Assembly: GCA_963842945.1 (NCBI GenBank) | Contig: CAWJIM010000019.1 | Span: forward strand, 448,001 to 512,000 | Direction: 5' to 3' | DNA: 64,000 nucleotides | Source: an uncultured Gemmatimonadales bacterium | GTDB lineage: Bacteria; Gemmatimonadota; Gemmatimonadetes; Gemmatimonadales; GWC2-71-9 | Part shown: positions 1 to 8,822 of the stretch, piece after piece | How the letters are laid out: the number at the start of each line of letters is the position of its first letter | Numbering within the stretch: the first letter of the stretch is position 1 | The notes under the pieces: model-generated | Seen by the model: only the letters and a program-made list of their open reading frames with translations | The model's database searches: none | Told to the model about the DNA's origin: nothing | Program-made: the position numbers and the translations under genes

Positions 1-12
1 TACGAGGAGTGA
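1..12 (+). CDS. Probable 3' end of an upstream gene (partial)
   Basis: TAC GAG GAG TGA at the window start; too short to identify. Confidence 0.3.
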   Translation, partial: YEE

Positions 13-31
13 GAGATGGAAGTGTCGGACG

Positions 32-144
32 GGCGGTAAGGCGGTAAGGCGGTAAGGCGGTAAGGCGGTAAGGCGGTAAGGCGGTAAGGCGGTAAGGCGG
101 TAAGGCGGTAAGAGCGGTAAGGCGGTAAGGCGGTAAGGCGGTAA
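32..144 (+). repeat. Tandem octamer array (GGCGGTAA) x~14
   Basis: 10 perfect units at 32-111, one 9-nt variant GAGCGGTAA at 112-120, 3 perfect units at 121-144. Confidence 0.97.
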
Positions 145-200
145 GGGACCGGTAGTTTAATTGATGCTAGTAAGACCTATGGCAGGCGTAATGATTCTGC

Positions 201-552
201 ATGCCACCGTATGAGAGATTCGATGCCTGGAAGATGGCCCATCGACTTGCGCTTCAAGTTTACGAGATCACTAACGGTTGGCCGGCTGCAGGAGCGCTAT
301 GGACTGACTGCACAACTTCGTCGGGCCGCAATCTCAGTACCGACCAATATTGCTGAAGGGTCGGCTAAGCGCGGATCGCGAGAGCTCAGACGCTACCTTG
401 ATATAAGCCTTGGCTCCCTGTCTGAGGTCTCCTATCTCCTCAGGTTCGGGCAAGACTGTGGTCTGCTTTCGCCTTCTGACTTCAAGGCTCTGGATGGTTT
501 GAGAGATGAGGCCGGAAAGCTCACGTGGCGCCTGTATGCAACTGTAAAGTGA
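201..552 (+). CDS. Four helix bundle protein (23S rRNA IVS protein / Avd-like family); one frameshift near 283-290
   Basis: ATG201 frame reads MPPYERFDAWKMAHRLALQVYEITNGWP, then the 211..552 frame continues ERYGLTAQLRRAAISVPTNIAEG...YLDISLGSLSEV, the family signature. Confidence 0.9.
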
Positions 553-559
553 TCCCGAC

Positions 560-590
560 GTACCGCCTTACCGCCTTACCGCCTTACCGT
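560..590 (-). repeat. Inverted copy of the octamer array (TTACCGCC) x~4
   Basis: GTACCGCC TTACCGCC TTACCGCC TTACCGT is the reverse complement of the array at 32-144. Confidence 0.95.
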
Positions 591-603
591 CTAGTATTCC
601 CCC

Positions 604-1317
604 ATGCCATCCCCTGAAAAAATCGCATACATCACCGGTGCCACCCAGGGCATCGGCCGAGCCACCGCGCTGGCATTGGGGCGCGCCGGCTACGCCGTCG
701 GGCTGCTCGCCCGGACCGAGTCGGACGTGGATGATCTCGCCAATGAGTTGTCCCGAGAGGGCATAGAAGCTGCCGGTGCGGCCGCCGACGTGGGCAACCC
801 GGATCAGGCCCAGCGAGCGGTGGACGAGCTGACCCGGGACCTGGGCGACGCCGACGTGCTGGTCAACAACGCCGGGGTGCTCATCGCCAAGCCGTTCGAG
901 GAACTGACGCTGGAAGAGTGGGACGTCACCATGGGCACCAACGTCCGGAGCCTCTACCTGATGACCCGGGCGGTGCTCCCCGCCATGCGGCGGCGCAAGC
1001 GGGGCGCAATCATCAATGTGGCCAGCCTCGCAGGGCGAAACGGTTTCGTCGGCGGTACCGCTTACACCGCCTCGAAGCACGCGGTCCTCGGATTCAGCCG
1101 CTCCCTCATGCTGGAAACCCGGAAGGAGAACATCCGGGTCATCGCCATCTGCCCCGGCTCGGTCGACACCGGCCTGATCCGGGACCAGTCGATGTTGAAG
1201 TCCGACCCCCTGCGTATCCTCAAACCCGCGGATGTCGCGGAGACCATCGTGCACGCGATCAATCTTCCCGAGCGCGCCCTGGTGAGCGAGCTGGACATCC
1301 GGCCGACGAATCCGTGA
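604..1317 (+). CDS. SDR family oxidoreductase
   Basis: TGATQGIG Rossmann motif, NNAG, YTASK catalytic motif. Confidence 0.95.
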   Translation: MPSPEKIAYITGATQGIGRATALALGRAGYAVGLLARTESDVDDLANELSREGIEAAGAAADVGNPDQAQRAVDELTRDLGDADVLVNNAGVLIAKPFEELTLEEWDVTMGTNVRSLYLMTRAVLPAMRRRKRGAIINVASLAGRNGFVGGTAYTASKHAVLGFSRSLMLETRKENIRVIAICPGSVDTGLIRDQSMLKSDPLRILKPADVAETIVHAINLPERALVSELDIRPTNP

Positions 1318-1532
1318 GGAACGTGGGGAACGTGCTGGTCTCGCGTTGCATCTGCCGTAACACCCCGTTTTCGGACCTGTTGCCACGGGCTCGTGCGGGC
1401 GGCTGGAGCCTGCAGGATCTCATGACTGAGACCGGCTGCGGTGCTCAGTGCGGCCTGTGCCGGCCGTATCTCCGCCGCATGCTCCGCACCGGGGAGACCG
1501 TGTTCCACGAGCTCTTGTCAGAGGACGCATGA
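1314..1532 (+). CDS. BFD-like [2Fe-2S]-binding protein (start may be GTG1332)
   Basis: CIC...TGCGAQCGLC cysteine pattern; overlaps the SDR stop and the kinase start. Confidence 0.8.
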   Translation: MRNVGNVLVSRCICRNTPFSDLLPRARAGGWSLQDLMTETGCGAQCGLCRPYLRRMLRTGETVFHELLSEDA

Positions 1533-3105
1533 GCGCGCAGGAACACGCGTCGGCCCATCGGATTCTGGGCCCGGCTCGAGCGCTACTGGCGTCGGCTTTC
1601 CTATACCGGCTCCATCATCGGTATCGCCATCATCATCACCTGGCTCGGCGTCTGGCAGATTCGCCGGGACGACACCGTCGGCCTGCTGCTCACCTCGGTG
1701 GCTACGCTGCTGACGCTGGTCACCTTCCGTCACCTGGGCGAGCTCTCGGAGGGGCAGAAGACCTCGCTCCGCACCGCCCTGGCGCACTCCGACCGGCGCA
1801 ACCGCGAGCTGGATCACCTCCGGCACCTGGCCGGGACTCTGCTGGCCGGCACCGACCTCGGACGGGCTGGTGCGCGAGGTGGCCCAGTCCGCGGCCGAGC
1901 TGCTGGAGGCTGAAAGCGGTGCGGTGACGCTGATGGTGGAGGAGGGCCGCTTCCTTAAAGTGAAGGCGGCAACCGGTGCGCTCGAGGCGGCCACCGGCAT
2001 GCTGGTTCCGATAGATGGCTCGCTGCTCGGCTGGGCGGTGACTCAGGATTCCGCACTGGTGTCGGACGACATGGATTCCGATCCCAGGAACTACCAGCCG
2101 GCCTTCACGATTCCCCTCAAGTCGGCCGCCATCGTTCCGCTGCGGTCCGCCGGCTTCGTGGTGGGCACGGTGAGCGTGTACAACCGGCGCGACCGGCAGC
2201 CCTTCAGCCAGCATGACGTTCAGCTGCTGCAGATTCTGGGCGACCAGGTTGTGGTGGGCCTCGACCGGGCATCGGTACTGGCCGAGAGCCGGCGCAACGA
2301 GACCGCCCTGCGGAACAAGAACCAGGAGCTCCAGCAGGCCACCCAGCTCAAGAGCGAGTTCCTGGCCAACATGTCGCACGAGCTCAGGACCCCGCTCAAC
2401 GCGATCATCGGCTTCTCCGACCTGCTGCTCGAGGGCGGTGGGGGCGATATCTCACCGCAGCAGCGCGAGTTCATCGAGGCCGTGCTGCGCAACGGGAAGC
2501 ATCTCCTCTCGCTGATCAACAGCGTGCTCGATCTCTCCAAGGTCGAGGCCGGCCGGATGTCGCTCACGCTGGCGGTGACGGATCTGCGGGAGGCAATCAC
2601 CGGGGCGGTGACCGACACCGCGAGCCTTCGCACCGCGAAACAGCAGGAGTGCGTGCTGAAGCTCGATCCGGCTTCGTTAACGGTCGTCGCCGACCGAGTC
2701 AGAATTCGGCAGATTCTCTACAACCTCCTTTCCAACGCGTCGAAGTTCACCGCCGAGGGTGGCAAGATCTGCCTGGCGGCAGTGCGGACCCGCGCGCCGC
2801 TCCGGCAGCCGGCAGACCGGGCGGGCGACAGGGGCCGTTTGGTCCCCCAGGACGTCGTGTGGATCTCGGTGACAGACGAAGGTGTGGGAATCAAGCGGGA
2901 GGATATGCCGAAGCTGTTTCAGGAATTCAGTCAGGTGGACAGCTCGGCCAGCCGGCGGGCACAGGGAACCGGACTGGGCCTGGCCCTCTGCAAAAAGTTC
3001 GTGGAGCTGCACGGCGGCATCATCGGAGTGGATTCGGTCTACGGCAAGGGCGCCGCGTTCTGGTTTCTGCTCCCGGCCGATGGGCCGATGCGCCGCACAG
3101 CTTGA
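1529..3105 (+). CDS. Membrane sensor histidine kinase (TM-GAF-HisKA-HATPase); frameshifts near 1605 and 1865
   Basis: [20 protein letters not shown]-box, [11 protein letters not shown]-box, DEGVGI and GTGLGL G-boxes; N-terminal TM and GAF parts lie in adjacent frames. Confidence 0.9.
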
Positions 3106-3136
3106 ATCGGAGGGCCAAGGCGCTACCCTTAAGGGA

Positions 3137-3496
3137 ATGGCAGCCCTTCGCTCGATAATGAGCGTGGCCGGTTTTCTTACGGCCCTTCTGGCCGGTGTCC
3201 ATCTGGCCCCAAGCCCAGCGGCTGTCCCGCTCCCCAACGTTGCATCGAAGCCCGCTCCCGCAGCTGTCGTCAGTACTCCCCAGGAATCCCTCCCGGCACC
3301 GGTTCACGACGAGGCCACCTGCGCCTTCTGCCAGGCGGCGGCATTCGCTCCCCATGCGGGCCAACCGGTGGGCACCCTCGCCCTGGACACCGGTGACGAG
3401 CAGCGGCTCCAGCCGGCCCACGACGACTCACCCGCCTTTTCCGCGTCGGCCAGTCCGGCGCGCTCCCGAGCTCCCCCCATTCTCCGATCGGTCTGA
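3137..3496 (+). CDS. DUF2946-like leader protein with CxxC and C-terminal RAPP motif (CruR/CutF-like)
   Basis: Hydrophobic N-terminus, HDEATCAFC, C-terminal RSRAPPILRSV; directly upstream of a metal-uptake operon. Confidence 0.8.
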   Translation: MAALRSIMSVAGFLTALLAGVHLAPSPAAVPLPNVASKPAPAAVVSTPQESLPAPVHDEATCAFCQAAAFAPHAGQPVGTLALDTGDEQRLQPAHDDSPAFSASASPARSRAPPILRSV

Positions 3497-3540
3497 GCCA
3501 ACGCGTCTCTAGCGACGCGTAACTCTTACAATCGGAGGAT
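3479..3540 (+). promoter_or_regulatory. Anti-SD/SD stem with nested hairpin upstream of the 3543 gene
   Basis: ATTCTCCGAT (3479-3488) pairs with ATCGGAGGAT (3531-3540; 9 Watson-Crick + 1 G-U); inner hairpin ACGCGTC-N6-GACGCGT (3501-3520). Confidence 0.7.
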
Positions 3541-3542
3541 TC

Positions 3543-4943
3543 ATGCACCGCCGTGCTCGCACGGCCATTCTGCTCGCCGGATTCTGGCTGGGAGCAGCAT
3601 CCAACGTTCAAAGCCAGGTCAGCACTCGGGTCGATTCGCTGAACCGAGCGCTATCGACCTTGTCCGCGCGCATCGATTCGCTCGAAGCCGGCCTCTGTCC
3701 GGCAGCGGCCGGACCCGCGGTTCCTGGCCCCTCGGGAGACCGGGTGACCGACACTCTCGCCGCCCAGGTCCAGTCACTGGAGCGCAGACTGGCCGCCCTC
3801 CGACAGGTGCGCTGCGCGCCGGGCGCGGCTCCCGGCCGGCACCGACCCAGACATCCGGATTCGACTGACGATCTCGCGGCGATCCGGGCGGCCGCCGCGC
3901 AGGCCGCGGGACAGGCCGGCGGCGGAGGTCAAACCGATTCCACGAAGCCGAAGTCGGAGACTGCACCATCCCAGCAAAGCCCTCGGGGAGCCAACCTCCT
4001 CAACCCCGAGATCAGCGCCACGGGTGATATCCGGCTGGTGGCCCGGGAGGGCCAGCAGGAGAACACCTTCGTGCCCCGCGAGTTCGAGTTTGCCTTTCAG
4101 TCGGCCCTCGATCCGTACTCCAGTACCAAGATCTTCATGACCTTTGAGGATGAAGAAGTGGGGATCGAGGAGGGCTACATCTACTGGACGGGACTGCCGG
4201 GCCGGCTTCGAGTCGATCTCGGGAAATATCGCCAGCAGGTGGGCGATCTGAACCGATGGCATCTGCATGCATTGCCCGAGACCGAGTATCCGCTGGTGTA
4301 TCAGCGGTACTTCGGAGAAGAAGGTCTGTCCGGGGTCGGTCTCTCGCTTTACACCACGCTGCCGTTCTCCCTGGCCGGTGCCACCCACGAGGTCTGGTTG
4401 CAGGGCACCACCGTCAACAGCGATCCGATGCTGAGCGGAGGCCACCCGTTGGTGCTGCTGGGACGGCTGCAGAACTTCTGGCAGCTCAGCCGGAGCACCT
4501 ATGCCCAGCTGGGAGTGACCGGACTCGGCGGCAACCACGACGATGCCGACCTCCGCAGCCGGGTGGCAGGACTCGACTTCCGGCTGACCTATCGCCCGCC
4601 GCAGTCCGGCACCCGGCGCGACGTCACCTTCCGTGCCGAAGGGTACCGCTTCCACGCCGATGAGATTGGAGTCACCACCAATCGGTATGGCGCGTTTCTG
4701 GATCTGCAGGCACGAACCAGCCAACGCTGGGTCTTCGGCGCCCGCTACGATTATGTGGAGGCGCCGCGGGGCCCGGATGATACCGAATGGCGAATTACTC
4801 CGAACCTCACCTGGTGGCAGAGTGAGTTCGTTTTTCTCCGGCTGGAAGGCGAGCACCGGCACAGCGATCTGGCGGGGACCCAAAACCTGTTGACGTTCCA
4901 GGCGGTGTGGGCCATGGGCCCGCACAAGCATGAGACGTATTGA
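3543..4943 (+). CDS. Outer-membrane beta-barrel protein associated with metal uptake
   Basis: Signal peptide, coiled-coil N-region, LNPEIS motif, WHLH, amphipathic beta strands, C-terminal GPHKHETY; GGAGG SD. Confidence 0.75.
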   Translation: MHRRARTAILLAGFWLGAASNVQSQVSTRVDSLNRALSTLSARIDSLEAGLCPAAAGPAVPGPSGDRVTDTLAAQVQSLERRLAALRQVRCAPGAAPGRHRPRHPDSTDDLAAIRAAAAQAAGQAGGGGQTDSTKPKSETAPSQQSPRGANLLNPEISATGDIRLVAREGQQENTFVPREFEFAFQSALDPYSSTKIFMTFEDEEVGIEEGYIYWTGLPGRLRVDLGKYRQQVGDLNRWHLHALPETEYPLVYQRYFGEEGLSGVGLSLYTTLPFSLAGATHEVWLQGTTVNSDPMLSGGHPLVLLGRLQNFWQLSRSTYAQLGVTGLGGNHDDADLRSRVAGLDFRLTYRPPQSGTRRDVTFRAEGYRFHADEIGVTTNRYGAFLDLQARTSQRWVFGARYDYVEAPRGPDDTEWRITPNLTWWQSEFVFLRLEGEHRHSDLAGTQNLLTFQAVWAMGPHKHETY

Positions 4944-4944
4944 A

Positions 4945-4988
4945 GCAGCGGGGCAGCGGGGCGGCGGGGCAGCGGGGCGGCAGGGCAG
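4945..4988 (+). repeat. Tandem octamer array GC(A/G)GC(G/A)GG x~5.5, containing four GGGG tracts
   Basis: GCAGCGGG GCAGCGGG GCGGCGGG GCAGCGGG GCGGCAGG GCAG immediately after the stop codon at 4943. Confidence 0.9.
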
Positions 4989-5043
4989 TCACTGAAGGCG
5001 GAGACGAAGCGATCTACTTGAGACCCATTGAAGGAATACACAT

Positions 5044-6143
5044 ATGACGTTCACATCACTGTTCATTCTCGCGGGTCTCCTGTGGAGCTGCCCCGCTGCC
5101 GAGCGGCCCCGCTGCCTCGCTTGAAAGCCCCGCTGCCGAGCGACCCCGCTGTCGCGCCTCCTAAGCTCGTCACCAGCTTGACGACCTACGGCGCCATTGC
5201 GCGAGAGATCGTCGGCGACCGGGGCACGGTGACCTCCATAGCCCAGGGCGACGAGGATCCCCACTTCGTGCAACCGAAGCCCAGCTTCGTGGCGATCCTC
5301 CGCGACGCCGATCTGTTTGTGACCACCGGTATGGATCTCGAGCTCTGGGTGCCGGCGCTGCTGGACCGGGCCGGTAACCGAAAGATCATGGACGGCGGTC
5401 CCGGATATGTAGCAGCATTTCGCGGAATCGATCTGATGGAAGTGCCCACCTCGCTCAGCCGAGCCCAGGGCGACATCCACGTCGATGGCAACCCGCACAT
5501 TCACACCGATCCCGTAAATGGGATCATCATCGCGCGGAACATCCTGGCGGGCCTCCAGCGCGTCTCCCCCGAGAACGGCTCGTACTACGCCGGCCGGGAA
5601 CAGGACTTCGAGAAGCGGGTGCTGGAAGCCACGATCGGCGCCCCACTGGTCGGCATCCTGACTCCCGCGACCGCCTTCGATCTCCTGAAATCGAACAAGC
5701 TCCTCGATTTCCTGGCGCAGCAGAAGTATCAGGGCAAGCCGCTCACTGCGCAGCTCGCAGGCTGGCTCAAGCAGGCCGAGGTTTTCCGGGGCAAGCAGAT
5801 GGCCTGCTACCACAAGGAGTGGGCCTATTTCAGCCGGCGGTATGACATCGAGTGCGTCACCTACATCGAGGCAAAGCCGGGTATCCCGCCGACACCCGGC
5901 CACGTCCAGGAAGTCATTCAGCTGATGCGGGACCGAAAGATTCCCGTGCTCTTCTCCTCGAATTACTTCGACCGTAAGCAGATCGAGCAGGTGGCCGAGC
6001 GCACCGGCGCCAAGGCGGTGATCGTGCCGGAAAACACCCAGGGGGCACCCGGGGTGAATACCTACTTCGACCTGATGAACACCTGGGTCAGTAATCTGGC
6101 TCTCGGGTTCAAGGACGTAGCGCTCACCGCCGGAGCCCGATAA
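5044..6143 (+). CDS. Metal (Zn/Mn-type) ABC substrate-binding protein, ZnuA/TroA family; frameshift near 5100
   Basis: ATG5044 after AAGGA gives the signal peptide MTFTSLFILAGLLWS; EDPHFV, GDIHVDGNPHIHTDP and YH motifs in the 5028..6143 frame. Confidence 0.9.
5087..5152 (-). repeat. Degenerate inverted octamer array (CCCGCTGC) inside the SBP N-terminal coding region
   Basis: CCCGCTGC at 5092, 5108, 5129 and CCCGCTGT at 5145, interleaved with degenerate units; reverse complement of 4945-4988. Confidence 0.8.
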
Positions 6144-7150
6144 TGGACCTGAGCCTCTTTCTTCCGCCGCTGGTGGCGTGCCTGGTCATCGTAGCCATTC
6201 ACTCGTATCTCGGGCTGCACGTGATCGCCCGCGAGGTGATTTTCGTCGACCTCTCTCTGGCCCAGATGGCGGCGCTGGGCTCGGCCGTCGCCATTCTGGC
6301 CGGGAGCCAGCCCGATTCGTCAACCGCATTCATTTATGCTCTGGGATTCACCACCCTGGGCGCGGCGACGTTCGCCCTGACCCGCACCTCGGAAAAAGGT
6401 GCCGTGCCCCAGGAGGCGATCATCGGGATCGTGTACGTCATGGCATCCGCCGCCGCTATTCTGGTAGCCGACCGCACTCCCCGCGGGGGCGAGGCCATCA
6501 AAGACATCCTGGTAGGCAGCCTTCTCTGGGTCACCTGGCCCACGATTCTCCGTCTGGCTGGCATTTACGCGGTGGTGGGACTGGTGCACTGGGCGCTGCG
6601 GCGGCGGTTTCTCACCATTTCGTTCAGCCCGGAAACGGCGCTGGCTCTCGGGTGGAAAATCCGCTGGTGGGATTTTCTGTTCTACCTCACCTTCGGTATC
6701 GTGATCACCTTCTCGGTCCCGATCGCGGGAGTGCTGCTGGTGTTCTCCTTCCTGGTGGTCCCTGCAGCCGTCGCCTTTCAGTTCACCCGGCGCCAGGGAA
6801 CCCTGGCCCTGATCTCGTGGCTGAGCGGGGCGCTGGCCTCTGCGCTCGGGCTTTGGGTGTCTTTTCACTACGATCTGCCGACCGGTCCGGTGGTCGTGTG
6901 CATGTTCGGCCTGGTGCTTCTGGGAGCCTATCTGGCGCGGAGGGTGGCTGGGACTCAGGCACCGGCACTGGCCCCGACGTCACGCAGAGAGGGCCACCCC
7001 CAGCCTCTAACTCACGCTGGGCCTCAGATCACGGTCTTTCGGTCGGAGCGCCAGCGCGACACGGTGGGATGCGGCAGCATTGCGCCGCGGCGAAGCAGTT
7101 CGAAGTGCGCCGCGATGATGTCGGCCAGACGCTGGGCAATGAGCACGTGA
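6143..7150 (+). CDS. Metal ABC transporter permease (ZnuB/ABC-3 family); true stop may be near 7010
   Basis: Multiple TM helices, IFVDLSLAQMAALG, GVLLVFSFLVVPA, YDLPTGP; the tail after ~6985 overlaps the opposite-strand gene and looks like frameshift read-through. Confidence 0.9.
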   Translation: MDLSLFLPPLVACLVIVAIHSYLGLHVIAREVIFVDLSLAQMAALGSAVAILAGSQPDSSTAFIYALGFTTLGAATFALTRTSEKGAVPQEAIIGIVYVMASAAAILVADRTPRGGEAIKDILVGSLLWVTWPTILRLAGIYAVVGLVHWALRRRFLTISFSPETALALGWKIRWWDFLFYLTFGIVITFSVPIAGVLLVFSFLVVPAAVAFQFTRRQGTLALISWLSGALASALGLWVSFHYDLPTGPVVVCMFGLVLLGAYLARRVAGTQAPALAPTSRREGHPQPLTHAGPQITVFRSERQRDTVGCGSIAPRRSSSKCAAMMSARRWAMST

Positions 7151-8581
7151 TGCTCGTTGAGCGTGCCTGGCGACTCGGAGCTGAAGATCAGGGCTCCGTG
7201 CACTCGACCCGCCACCCTGAGCGGAACGATCAGCTGGGTCTCGTTCCCGTTCTGAGCGAAGCCACAGGGCAGATCGCCCTTGAGCGTCCGGGCCAGAGAA
7301 GTGCCGGCGACCGAGACGAGCGGAAGATGTGAAAGAGTCCGCTTCTCCCCCGGCTCCAGCATGATCACCCGGTCCGTCTGGGTCATCCGAAGCGCAAAGG
7401 TAAGCCTGTCGTAGGGCAACGCGGCGCGCGACTCGGAGGCTATCAGCTCCGTCGCCACTGCCGGATCGGAGGTGGTGGCCAGCAGACCAGCTATCCGAAA
7501 GAGCAGCTCTGCATGAGGGTGTGTTTCGGCCGGCTTGAGAACCGGCGGCGGAGCTTCCTCTGTAACCAGAAACCCGCTGATCCGGGGGGCGATCAATCCA
7601 GCCAAGAAGTGCCAGCAGCTCGGCGTCTTCGTCGGCGTAGAACGCGGGACCAATGCTGCCCACGAGAAGATAGGCTGGAACATTCGCCCGCAGGTCCAGC
7701 CGGGCTCCCACCAACGCGCGAGTGTCCGCTCCGGCCGGCTCGCTCGCGGTGAGAAATCCTCTGGGCCAGCGGGAGTCCCCATAGGTGTCGCCCACTAGAA
7801 GACTGTTGCCTAATCCAAAGATCCCGCCCACGTCCAGGTGATCTCGACTGATGATCAAGGATGGATCCTGCCACAGGGGTCCGCCGGGATGTTCGCCCAG
7901 CCGGAAATACCGTTTGCCGGCGGGGTCCGACAACAGCAGCTCGATGTGCTCGTGGGGCAGTAATGGCGCGAGTCCCCGCGACACCGCGGCCAGGAATCGC
8001 TGTGGGGTGGCACTGGAGCGGTTGGCCTCTGCGATGGTCTCGAGCAGTCCCGCGATGCGTTCCTGCTGCCGGGATGGCGATCCCTCGGCTGCCTTCCACT
8101 GGCGAGCGATGCGCCCGAGCATGGGCGCGATCCGCTGGGTGACGCACTGAAGCACCACCCGTTCGACTGAGCCGTAGAGCCCAGCCCGGAGGTCGGCCAT
8201 CAGCAGCAAGGCCACATCCCGTTTGCCGAATGTCACCGGCAGGCAGGCGACCGATCCATAGCCCGCCTGCGACACGACCTGCTCCAGCTGACTGAGCTCT
8301 TCGGGCTTCAGGTGAGGTGAGGGAAGCGGGACGGCCAGATCATCTTCCGCCAGCTCAGCCGGGCCGAGCAGCACTGCCCCACCGTGGGAGGGATAGAGCC
8401 AGAGGCCCAGGAGGTCGTGGGGGACCTCGACGGCGACGGTGTCCGACAAGGCCTCGTGCCAGGTGGCGAGCTCAGCCTGGTCGAGCTGCTCGTCGTCCAC
8501 TCGCAGAATGGGGACGAGCAGCTCGCTCCCGCTGGACGCGAGCGGATCTTCGTCGGTGGAGAGATCCGGTGTCTCGCTCAT
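7024..8581 (-). CDS. Multi-GAF-like domain protein; frameshift near 7598
   Basis: Repeated GAF-type segments (SVACLPVTFGKRDVALLLMA; QLIVPLRVAGRVHGALIFSS...HVLIAQRLADIIA) across ORFs 7007..8656 and 7024..7782. Confidence 0.7.
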
Positions 8582-8595
8582 AAGTACCGCTTGAG

Positions 8596-8611
8596 TGGCA
8601 CGACGTATGCC
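8596..8611 (+). promoter_or_regulatory. Sigma54-like -24/-12 element
   Basis: TGGCACGACGTATGCC matches TGGCACG-N4-TTGCW with exact GG/GC spacing. Confidence 0.4.
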
Positions 8612-8755
8612 CCTGAGTTGCCGCAAGCAAGTTGGTTGCTGCCGCAGAGTTACCATCAGCGCCCCAGGCCAGACCGCCCCTCGCCGTGCCAGTGGGTGGC
8701 GTCCTGCCCACTCTTTTGCAGGTCGCTGCGCCGTATGCGCATGTGCTTAGTAAGC

Positions 8756-8784
8756 TTGACATACCCCTACCCCCTACATACTTT
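8756..8784 (+). promoter_or_regulatory. Sigma70 promoter of copA with probable CsoR operator in the spacer
   Basis: TTGACA-17 bp-TACTTT; the spacer carries ATACCCCTACCCCCTA, resembling the TACCC half-sites of CsoR operators. Confidence 0.7.
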
Positions 8785-8822
8785 CCCCTCTGATCTGAAC
8801 TACCCTCCCACCAGCGCGCACC

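Noticed and set aside
32..144. CRISPR array or telomere-like repeat
   Set aside because: Contiguous 8-mers with no spacers and no cas genes; flanked by ordinary sequence on both sides.
178..196. Sigma54 promoter upstream of the four-helix-bundle gene (TGGCAGGCGTAATGA)
   Set aside because: The -12 position reads GA rather than the conserved GC, and it is too close to ATG201.
201..552. Diversity-generating retroelement (Avd-like gene) or true 23S rRNA IVS
   Set aside because: No reverse transcriptase, TR/VR pair or rRNA sequence in the window; sequence upstream of position 1 cannot be seen.
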